Shown in pieces: positions 36,459-64,000 of a stretch of DNA of 64,000 nt; position 1 is the first letter of the stretch; every line of letters begins with the position of its first letter. The position numbers and the translations under genes are program-made. The notes beneath the pieces were generated by a model. The model was not told the origin of the DNA, did no database searches, and was given only the letters and a program-made list of their open reading frames with translations. The DNA lies in contig NC_135664.1 in the NCBI RefSeq assembly GCF_964188315.1, positions 47,740,001 through 47,804,000 on the forward strand. Reading direction: 5' to 3'. The DNA is from Podarcis muralis. Taxonomy: Eukaryota.

Positions 36459-36758
36459 CAGGGGTCTGCAACCTTTAAGACAAAAAGAGCTACTTTGACC
36501 CGTTTCCGAAGAAAAAAAGAACTGGGAGCCGCAAAACCATTGCGATCTGACAGCGGGCGGGAAGGTGACGTCGGGACGGTGCGTGACTAACGCACGCACC
36601 ACCCCCATGCGATGTCACAGCCAGTACAGCGCCCGCCACAGTGGGGAGTGTCGGGGCACACAATTCGCCTCCTCCCCTCGCTAGTATCCGCCCCGGAGCT
36701 GCGGCAAAGGTGTAAAAGAGCCACATGCGGCTCCGGAGCCGCGGGTTGCCGACCCCTG
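36459..36758. mobile_element. Young 300-bp hAT MITE
   Basis: TIRs CAGGGGTC(T/G)GCAACC (14/15 identical); perfect 8-bp TSD GACTAGCA; CpG-rich. Confidence 0.9.
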
Positions 36759-36783
36759 GACTAGCAGATGGCTATCAAGCTGC

Positions 36784-36785
<2 letters not shown>

Positions 36786-36822
<37 letters not shown>
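36786..36822. repeat. (TAT)n microsatellite
   Basis: Direct reading. Confidence 0.93.
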
Positions 36823-36826
<4 letters not shown>

Positions 36827-39010
36827 ACAGTTATATTAAGACTTTTAAAATTGTAATTTGGCTTTAAATGAAATTCACATTTAATACAAACCAAAAGAAA
36901 GTCTACAACTTCGAATCTCTTGAAGCTATGAGTGCCAATTAAACATGGAACCTGTGCCATGATTCTTTTTCATTCTGACCTTGGTCTTCAAAAGTGATTT
37001 GCTTAGTGCCCTCTCTGTCTACAGAGAGCACTGCTCAGAAAGTGGGAACCAGCACCTTGAATTGCCTCCAGAAGTATATAGATGGAGCAGCTGCTGGAAA
37101 ATATTGTGTTTTATTTCCATTCAGCACTTGATTGATAGAGCAAATGAGGCCTTTGGTCTAATTTGACACTTCAGCATTTCAGTTATAAATCTGTCACCTA
37201 TATGATAACTCTAAATATTGAAGTGTCCAAATTCAGTACACAAGTTCAGGGCACAATCCTACATTTTAAAAGCCAACTCAGTCCACACATGTATTTTTAA
37301 AGTGTGTGGGGGGGGGGGAGGTGCAAAACAAATTGTAATGTCTCCTTTGAAGACAGAGAGATCAGAATGAAAGTTGGTGCACACATTTAAAACACAATTA
37401 TGCCATTCATATTCAAACTCAAGATTTGCCCCTGCGCCAGTTTTCAATACTTGCAAAGAATATTCAGTTACTCCAGTCCGTTTAGATAGGCATGAATTAA
37501 TGGTGTCAAGGTAACAGTTTCAGAATGGTGAGTAGTAGCAGTGTATGGAATAAAAAAGGCATCCCTAGCCACAACAACAACCTTTAGACCTCTAGTCTGT
37601 GAGCCTAATTAGGCCCACCAGACCTTCCCATTTGGACTGTGAGGCCCGTTTTGGCCAAGCCTCACCCACCTGCCCAAAACCTGATGCCACATATGGTGTC
37701 AGTTGAAGTGCAGGTAAAGGCAGAGCTTTGACAAAAGGTGTTCTGGATGGAGGTGCTTGGAAAGCCCCTTGCACAGTGTTTCCTAAACACTGGCTTTTGC
37801 TCAGTACTTCCCAAGTATCTACAATCAGCTGATTGCTGCACACACATTCTGTTGCCCACACAGTTTAATTTCAAACCACGCAGGCAAAAATGAAACACCT
37901 GACATCACTGTGACCTGCAGAGGTGCACAGAGATGCAGCCTGGTGGTTGGAAACAGTTCCCCACTCTTATGTTAGTAGAGCGACAATTCCTTGAAGAGGT
38001 AGACACTCATACTCGGATAGGTCACAAACCTGAAATATATGGTGACCTGTTTATTTATTTCATAAAATTTATACACTGCTTGATTGTAAACACAAAACTC
38101 AAAGCAGTTTACATAAAAATTGACCTGTTGCTATGTAGAGATTGTTGGTATATCTCTGTTGGAATGAAAGCATGTGCTTTTTTAATAATTCAAAGCAAGG
38201 GAAGGAAAATATTATTTGAAAACATACCACACATTCTAAAATTTTGGGGGATGAATGATATGCTTGACTGCTTTATTAGTCAGATGCATTCTTCACTGGT
38301 TGCATGCACTAGGGGGCAGTGTATGTTTCATGTGTTTCTTTGCATTTTGAATGCCTGTCTAGACACCTGCCATTTGAAAATGCATTTTCCCTTACATTTC
38401 TTAGGGGTTTTTTTTGGTGGGGCCGGGGCTGGGCCTGGTGGGGGCAAGGGGGAGTGATTTGTCCACTGGTGCGGTTAGGTAATTTTACACTCTGGTTTTC
38501 ATGTGTAATCTTTTGTTTATTTAAAAATGTGTTAAGCCAGCCATGCTATGTTTGGAGATATTCCCGCTCATTCTCTTGAGTTGGGCCCTGGACCATTGCC
38601 TGAATATTATTTTCTGATGGCACCATTGGGTTTGTTTTGCTTTCTTCTAAAATCTTGGCTTGTACTTAGAATAGGGTATGTAGATTTATAGGTTCTGTAA
38701 TCTGTTTAAATAATAATAACACATTACTGTATATGAAGCACTGAGAACTCTCTATCTCAGTAATCGTTGCCACAATCCTTGCAAATGTTATCATATCCAT
38801 ATTGCAAACAGAGTTGAAACTGAAAGATAGTGGTTTGCCTAATAATCAAGCTAAGTTTCAAAATCACATTAAGGCAAGGATTTTATTAGGACAACCTAAA
38901 CAGCATAAAATAGTGTACATGCTTTTGAGTCCTCCAGAACTTTTCAGAAGAAAGGTTTGACTACAGAGCTGTGTCTCTTCAGCTGTTTCCGATCCATGTT
39001 TCAAAAGTCT

Positions 39011-39064
39011 TGATTTTTTCAAATAGGATTACTGCCAAGTAAGTAATCCTATTTGAAAAAATCA
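39011..39064. repeat. Perfect 23-bp inverted repeat, 8-nt loop
   Basis: tgattttttcaaataggattact / agtaatcctatttgaaaaaatca. Confidence 0.9.
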
Positions 39065-39086
39065 GGACTGCCAAGTTAGTAGGCAT

Positions 39087-39438
39087 GGGACGTGGGTGGC
39101 GCTGTGGGTTAAACCACAGAGCCTAGGGCTTGCCTATCAGAAGGTTGGCGGTTCGAATTCCGCGACAGGGTGAGCTCCTGTAGTTTGGTCCCTTCTTCTA
39201 CCAACCTAGCAGTTCAAAAGCACATCAAAGTGCAAGTAGATAAATAGGTACCGCTCCGGTGAGAAGGTAAAGGCCGTTTCCATGCGCTGCTCTGGTTCGC
39301 CAGAAGTGGCTTAGTCATGCTGGCCACATGAACCGAAAGCTGTACGCCGGCTCCCTCGGCCAATAAAGCGAGATGAGTGCCACAACCCCAGAGTCGTCCA
39401 TGACTGGACCTAATAGTCAGGGGTCCCTTTACCTTTAC
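39087..39438 (+). mobile_element. Full-length Sauria SINE (Squam1-type)
   Basis: Same head and tail as 24310-24668; direct repeat AGTAGGCAT at 39078-39086 and 39441-39449. Confidence 0.88.
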
Positions 39439-40005
39439 TAAGTAGGCATAGGATTGCATCCTTTAACTACCACTTTAGCACTAAGAATGGAAAGTCCAGT
39501 TCATTCTTTTGGGCTTCTTGATAGAAAGGCTCTCATATAAGAAGGTTTTTAATAAAGCGTCTTATAAATTGCAGACAAATCCCCTGCTTTGGTATTTATA
39601 TCTAGCTGTCATGTGAATTGATCATAAATGGGAGTGTTTGTGTAGACTAGGGTTGGTGTGTTGTTGTTTTTAAAACTATCCTCGTTTATTGTAGGTATTG
39701 CTGTGATTTACAATATCTCTTTTTACATTGTAATAGGATTGGATATCCTTCTCTCCTTAGCCTCACAGATACCTGATAATTTCTTTCACCTTTTCATTCA
39801 AGCTTAATTGGCTAGGCATACATCTGTGGTAAATCCTTCCTACATGTGTATTTCATAAGCTTAGCAAAAACCTCTTACTTGTGCCCTGTGGTGTGTAGAA
39901 TGTTGTCAGACGGAAACCAATTTCCTCCAGACTCAGCAGCAAAGGCGTCTCAAACTCCACCCTGTTTTCAGTTTCCTGAGTGTCATCTTTTTCTATAGAA
40001 CTTCT

Positions 40006-40063
40006 TCCTTCCTTCCTTCCTTCCTTCCTTCCTTCCTTCCTTCCTTCCTTCCTTCCTTCCTTC
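40006..40063. repeat. (TTCC)n microsatellite
   Basis: Direct reading. Confidence 0.95.
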
Positions 40064-40294
40064 CTCTGCTTCATGCACATCTGGGTTTTTTCTCTTTCCA
40101 AGTGCAGTCTTCATATTATATTTAGCATTTCCACAGATCTCCCCTCAAACCCCACTTCTCATGCGAATGCAGACATTTTGAGTTTGCTTTCGACTGCAAT
40201 AATCCCTGACCATTGGCCATGTGGCTGAGGTTTATGGGAGTTGTGAGTCCAACAACATCTGGAGGGCACCAAGTCTGGTAACAGTGGTCTATAC

Positions 40295-41239
40295 CAGTGG
40301 TTCCCAATTAGCTAATTACTGAGGGCCGCCTATTTTTCAAAAGCCAAGCCACAGACCCCCTACTTTTGAAAATCTTGATAACTCTATGGTAGTTACCTCT
40401 GCAGAGCAATTTTTTGAACAAAATGTGGGGTAGCCCCTAATAAGCAATGGATTTTAGGTATATTAAAAAACAGACGGGGGCTGAACAATATCTGGTTTTC
40501 AACATCGTGATATATCAGCAGCTAAACATCACAATATTCTGATATATCACAGTCTCTGAAATTGGAGATCAGGTGTGGGGATGAGGGAAGGAGCAGCAAC
40601 AGAGGTTGGGTGGGTAGGGTGCCTGCAGATGAAGGAAGAAGCAGTCACGGAGATTGGATGGGTGCAGGGAGGAGAGGAAGCAGAATCACCTCCACTGCAT
40701 GGTTTGAGTGGGAGGGGATGGAGATGGGGGGGGTGCATCAAGCCATTGAGCCAGCGAAGATGCACATCCACTGTGGCTGCTGTTGCTTTCCTGCTGACTG
40801 AGAAAAGCTGCTTCGCCTCAGTGCCAGGGGAAGGTAGTGCCACCGTGCCCTGAAGTGAGGGCCATCAGCTGCCCTGTTCTCCATCAGTGTGAGGGGAAGG
40901 CAGCACCTTGCAATCTGCTGTCCTGTTTTCCCTCCTGAGGGAAGGCAGCTCAGATGAGCAGCATATTGGCGGTACCTTGAAATCAGCTGCCCTGCTCTCC
41001 CTTGCTCAAGAAGCAACATATTGCTGCATATTGATTGCCAGGTCAAAATCGTTATCACAGTGGAATTTCAAAACTGATTTTGGCCAATATATTGAAAAAT
41101 CACACAGTGCTAAAACAGACCATAAGATTTGTGATATTACCTGTGCAAAAATGACAAAAATTTAGTGGGGGGGGGAGGCAAGGGATGGGGCTGCGGACCC
41201 CCTGGGTGTGTTCCGCGGACCCCTATTTGGGAACCACTG
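40295..41239. mobile_element. Non-autonomous hAT element, about 945 bp
   Basis: 13-bp TIR cagtggttcccaa / ttgggaaccactg; degenerate 8-bp TSD gtctatac / gcctatat; no transposase ORF. Confidence 0.68.
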
Positions 41240-42529
41240 GCCTATATACTATCTCCTTGTTCTTTGTGCACTATGGGGATTTGTCAGTCCCCATTCTTTT
41301 CAAAATAGCTTTGTGTTCCCTGCAGAATGTAAAGTATTTTTACCATTGGGTATTTTTATCATATATTCAGACTGGGTGGATATTTCAGCAATGAGAATGA
41401 TGTATTAAAACAAACTGAAGTAGGAATTGTTATGTAACTAGAATGGTGGCTGGCCCAGCTAGAACAATCAAAAGATCTATGTTGAAAGGGGACTCTCCAC
41501 ATGCTCACCTTATTTGCTCTTTTCTTGTAAGGCCAGAGGAAAACAAAATCACATGTTGATTCTTTTTATAGTCTACTGGTCTGGTTGTGATAAATGAAAA
41601 GACTTCATATAGAAATACTTGGTTCTCCAAAAAAATTTCCTGCTGTGTGTATCACTTTTGTAATTCATGCATAGTTGTGCTTCATAATTTCAGTTTAACA
41701 ACTTAGATAATTTACCTATTGGCTTTTCAGTTCATCCTCCCATTTCTTAGAGACAAGAGTACTTGCTTATGATCTCATTTCCAGACTACTTGATCTTCTT
41801 CACTGCTGACACTTTGTCAGTTTTTGGATTTGCATAATGAGCATAAATGTTTGGATTTTTTCTGCTCAGTTGTACTTCTGATTCTGTCAGAACAATCAGA
41901 GTCAGACGGGAGGTTTTAAGTCAGTACCAGGCTAGCACATCTATATATTGGTTGGGCACACATATGCCATGTAAAGCCAATACATTTCTATCAAGTATTG
42001 GTGCTTTTTACTACCTTCTGTTCTGTATGAAGTTTTTGCTTCATGGGGTGACTTGAGAGAAGAGATCACTAGATGCACAAACAGCCAGCTTCTTCCTGCG
42101 GTCTCAAAACAGTCACCTTAAAATGTTGTGCCCCATGTTTTTGAAAAAACTTATTGCAACTCTTTGTATAACCACTTATGAAAGGAATAAAATTGAATGT
42201 GTTAATAGAGTATCAAAAATGCACGATTGTTTTAGGCAGTGTTCCAGAATTCTCTACAATTTAAATTTAGAACTGCTTTTCACATGTCTGACCTTCTTTC
42301 TGACTGTTCAGTGACTAAAGAGTAGCTGTGTTTGATACCATAGGAACATGATCGATTTCTCCCAAATTATTCCTGTTTACCTTTGCTACTGAAGGCCTTT
42401 ACACTTGACAGAAATGTTTAGCAAAACTCTGGGATACCTGTGAGGTGTTCTGGCTATGATAGGTTGTTTCTGCTATTTTGAAACTTTTCTGTCTCTCTCT
42501 CTCTCTATAAAATTCCTCTTTAGATCTGA

Positions 42530-59825
<17,296 letters not shown>

Positions 59826-62800
59826 GCAGATGATGAAGCATGGCCCAGCCTGGAACTTTCCCTTTATTTATTGAACCAGAAACACAGGTCATATCCCTTT
59901 TTTAATATGGTGCTCAAGTCAGGAATGGACACTTCTTGTTGCCAATTGTGAGCATGGACCATTGTGACTAATGCAGGTGGTTTGGACTGTCTTTTCCTAG
60001 TTTCTTCTTGAAAGGAGCAGATTTCACTTAATAAGGAACACTAAATTCACCTGGCATAGAATACAACAAAGATCTGGGACCACGCTTTCTGTATGCTGGG
60101 TTTCTGCTGTTGTTAATGGGGAAGGCAGATGGAAGAAGGGTCAGACAAGGAAAGCTTGAAAAAATGAGGCTGTATCTTTACCCATTTACCTAAGTTGTCT
60201 CGAATATGGCTGGCTGAAAGTAGCAAAAACAACCCCCCGCAACTGCACTACTAAAATGCACTTCTAGACACCTGTTAGACCTAATTTGGTATATAGGTTG
60301 AACCCTGTCTCTAACTGTTGCCCCAGTATTAACTTTTGACCAACTTTTGGCTTGTGACCAGAATTCCCTTAGGCACAGTATATTCCATAGTAATACAGTC
60401 ACATTTATGTTCTGCCTCTGCTAATAGGATTTGCCCCATCTTTGGAAACATTTTTGCTAGAAGCTAATGCTCACCGTTCAGAGAGTCACACACAATTCTT
60501 CAGGACATAGGATAAGGATGTACATTCCAGTCAGGTTGTTGAGTCAAGCTGCACATCCTCATCCATTGTGGGTGGGGGACCACACTGGCTGATTCTCGAG
60601 TGGGCGCTTGGGAACCACCTGTTGGGTGATGTCTAGTTGCACTCACTTAAGAGGCAGAACACATCATTCTTTTCATTCTCTTTTGTAACTTCTCTTGTGG
60701 AGGAGTAGTTCTGCAACTCCTAATACTAAAATGTCTTTATCACATCTATCCTCCTCCTCAGGCATTTACATCCTGGTGTGTTTTAAAATTCCAGAACATG
60801 TGTTGTAAATTACCAATTCTTCTTGCTGTCATCAATATTTTACTTTTGTTAATAGTTAATTTTTAAGTGCCAGTGGGATAGAGCTTGCCTGGGATGGTGA
60901 GCATTCCACCTTCTCTTCCCTTGCTTTTGTACCGGACTGGCTGCAGTTTCGCCAGCAGATGTAAACATATCTGTGATGCGCATTTGTTACCTTGCCATTA
61001 CATTCCCTTCAGTCCACGTGATTTAAAAAATGCATTGGTTTTCCATTAACCTCTCTAGGCCTGGCCTGTACTTGCACAAGTTCACTAAGTGAGAATCACA
61101 AGGCCCCTTTTACAAGCTAAAAAAGCCTATCAGTCACTGAATTTACCAGACACCTTGGTTTGCTTGATGATTTAAAGCTGGAAAGGGCAATAGAATTAAT
61201 TGCAGTGTGTTGTACTTCTCTGCTGCCATTGTGGTTAATTGTGCCTGCATTAATACTGCCCGCAAAAAAAGGGGAATAACATTAGACTTCTTCCTTTCCT
61301 GACACCTCTCTCGATTCCTCTTCCCCATTCACTACCAGTAAGGCTTGTTCTGGTCTACGCTGCTATATGTGTCTCTCCCACAGCTTGCTGTGGTTAATGG
61401 ACACCTGCTCTTTTACGGTGATTTTAACCCCTCCTGTGAAGAGTCTTGAAATGAGGATCTCTGGGGTTTGACTCTTTTGTTCCTTTTCTCTGTGCCTTAA
61501 TATTCTCTCTCACCCATGCATCACATCGTAGTTAATGCAGAGCTCAAGGACAGCAGCAGCATCCTTCATCCAAGCTGTGCTTGGTTAGACAAGAGTGTTT
61601 GTGTGGGGCTAGGCAGGTTTTCTGAAACTTGTGGTTACTCTTCTTGGAGGAAGAGGGACGGTTGTGCTGCTGCGGTTTGCACTCTCACACTGTATGTTCC
61701 AGAAGAAACCGGACAGGAGGTGGGATGCTGGAACACAACAGCTCCATTCATATCCCCTGCTTGAAATAGCCTGAGGGACTGATGAAGGAAGTAGAAGAGA
61801 AGATATTTAAAAGCAACGTGTTTCTGTAAATAAAAAAACCATCCCTCTCTTTGCAGTTAGACGTGTGCAATATATTCTTGTGGGTTGGCTTTTAAAATCC
61901 TGTTGCTGCTTTAAAAGGAACCCTCAGACCCACATAGCTGTTCTTTGTAACTGGCACTCCAATTACTAAGCCGTAGCAGTGAGTTGTGCCACCATAGCTG
62001 AAGCATGCTCGTAAGCCCTCGTTCTGACCCTCTTTTGAGCTAGATGTAGCCAGTTGTTGAGCTGCTGTGCGCCGCCTTTTCAGAACTGGAACAGGAGAGG
62101 GCTCTGGTTCCTCCCCTTTCCAGTGCAGCACAACCACACTTTCACAGTGATGCAGCTCTTATTTCAAAAAGACTAATGGGCTGCTCTTGTTCCAGCTGTG
62201 GATTTGGCGTCAGGTCCCTGCACCAGAAAATAGTTGTCCCTTTGTGCCTGCAGTAGGGCTTCTTCATCCAGAAGTATGACATACCTCCTCATGAAACAGA
62301 ATGGATTTCAAAGAGCCCTTTGAAATGACCTTTTACCCTTTTTTGTTTTGTTGTTTTTTTACTTCTAATTTTGGAGAAGGAGATAATAGTTTACTCTTGC
62401 CTGTTTTTATGGGACTCATTTACTTCCCAACTCTCCAACCACTTCCAACACACATTTACACATATTTGTAACGAATCTTCACGGCCAGTTCCCTTTTTGT
62501 ATGGGTTGGGTGAAGGATGTGGCTGAAGTCTGTGCTGCTGACTTGCCGGTATTTCCATGTTGGGAAAAATTCTATATTTTTAAAAAAATATATTTAACAT
62601 AAGCTATATATAAATAGCTTATTCTTGGAGCTTCTTATGAGTAGCAGTTTCAAGTAGCTATGTACAAGGTCCAGTAATAGCAAAAGGTCTCAGGCTATGT
62701 GGCTTTTTTCAAAGTGGAGACATGGAAAGGCATCAGTGCTAAGCTGTTAATAAAGGGAAGGTGTTTTTGCTCTCCCACAAGACTGGAAAGTGATAGGCCC

Positions 62801-62849
62801 AAAAAGCTTGACCCTCAGTGCAGCAGTGATCCTGCATTCCCATCAGGGC

Positions 62850-62945
62850 AGGGGTAGCCAACATCACCCCCTCCAGATGTTGCTGGACTACAGCTCCAGC
62901 CAGCATGGCCAATGGTCAAGGATGATTGAGAGTCCAGCAACATCT
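62850..62945. mobile_element. Palindromic MITE remnant inside the TMEM184B 3' UTR
   Basis: ctccagatgttgctggactacagctcc...agtccagcaacatc. Confidence 0.6.
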
Positions 62946-63574
62946 TTTGGGGGGACAGTAGCAGTTGGCAGAGTGAGGCTGTGCTACTTACCTGACCTCC
63001 TATTTACTGGGAGGGGGAAGGACGAGGCAGCAGTGAGGTCAGCACAGTGCAAACACACCAGTAGAGATAATCTGCTGCTTCTGCTGGTGCATTTGCACCA
63101 TGCTGATCTTCTTGCTGCCTTATCCCTCCTGCTGCCTCCCAATAAACTGCAGCTACTCAAAAGCTGGCAGGTCAGGGTAGCCCTACAACACCAACTACTG
63201 CTCCTGGAAGCTGCTGTGTTGGGTAGGCCCTTGATTAGGGATTCTTAGAGGCTAATCATTTAATATGCATTCATATACATCAACCCCACCAGAATACTCT
63301 AAGCGCTGCTCCCTTCCTTGCCTTCTCTTTCCTCCCCCAACCTTGTTTTTTTTACCAAGTAACATACCCTCTGGAATTTTGTTTTTACTATTTTTCCATG
63401 TAGCTTAGTTATTTGTATATAAATGACTGGGGAAATATACGCTGTATGATAAGACAGAGTTACCTAGTTTTGTACCTATTGTGTAATAACTGATGTGAGC
63501 TCAGAGACAAGATATCGTCTCTATTTTGATCTTTGTGATGTTATACTGCTCTGCGGAAAAAAGCAAATACGACA

Positions 63575-63580
63575 AATAAA
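63575..63580 (+). terminator. Likely distal polyadenylation signal of TMEM184B (proximal candidate at 61829)
   Basis: AATAAA preceded by UGUA elements and followed by UG-rich sequence. Confidence 0.55.
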
Positions 63581-63794
63581 AATATAGAGATAATCTAGAT
63601 TGTACTTAATGTGTCTCTGGTTACTGATTTATGGATATTCCCTGCTTCACTTCTCATGGGCTAGAATTCTCTGCTTTAAAATAAAATGCAGTTAATGTGT
63701 AATTCTGTATTTTGCACATGTTCCAGTTACATATTTTGATGGGTGGAGTAAGAATTACATGGAGCATAGAGAGCAAAAATGGGGGACCATAGAA

Positions 63795-64000
63795 CAGTGT
63801 TTCCCAACCTTTTTTGGGCAAAGGCACACTTGATTGATGAAAAAAATCTTGAGGCACACCACCATTACAGCCCCGTGACGTCAGCGCGCAGCGTCACGCC
63901 GGGAGGGAAGGGCGCCGGGGCGCTGCTGCTGCCGCCGCCGCTCCCGGCAGGCATGGGCCCAGCTGAGGCGGCGGCGGCTGTTGTGGTGGTGGCGGCGATA
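63795..64000. mobile_element. Left end of a CpG-rich hAT element (runs off the window)
   Basis: cagtgtttcccaacctttttt hAT-type terminus; the GC-rich interior resembles the 36459 MITE (gtgacgtc). Confidence 0.6.

Noticed and set aside
37933-38457. 174-aa ORF in TMEM184B intron 1 (and similar ORFs at 6982-7476, 44258-44779 and 62790-63248)
   Set aside because: No recognisable domain, a Cys/Phe/Leu-rich composition typical of non-coding translation, and overlap with repeat remnants.
63880-64000. Promoter or first exon of a third gene (e.g. MAFF)
   Set aside because: It starts with a hAT-type terminus, no coding match is recognisable, and mammalian synteny predicts a convergent 3' end; kept only as a mobile-element finding.

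Overview
Vertebrate nuclear DNA, most likely a squamate and probably a lacertid lizard, judged from Sauria/Squam-type SINEs. There is no prokaryotic content. Two intron-containing genes lie in tandem on the + strand, as in mammals. (1) CSNK1E (casein kinase I epsilon): 8 coding exons at 2497-2607, 2727-2875, 3526-3754, 12767-12937, 14490-14638, 16127-16319, 16661-16800 and 18026-18058. The first coding exon (76 nt in mammals) is not in the window and would complete a 416-aa protein. A 3'-UTR intron (18092-19762) and a terminal exon (19763 to about 21395) follow. (2) TMEM184B: CpG-island non-coding exon 1 (about 29900-30287), 8 coding exons from 42551 to 59825 (411 aa), a probable 24-nt microexon (58459-58482) and a roughly 3.8-kb 3' UTR. 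The rest is SINEs, hAT and Tc1/mariner MITEs, CR1/L2 fragments, microsatellites and a 146-N gap. The most notable non-coding signals are minimal hammerhead-ribozyme motifs from two different Penelope-like retroelement families. One sits in a perfect 86-bp palindrome; the other is next to a perfect 106-bp inverted duplication spanning 1.9 kb. Also notable are a strong-Kozak uORF in TMEM184B and a possible exon-skipped CK1-epsilon C-terminus. Repeat family names and orthologue comparisons are from recall, not database searches.
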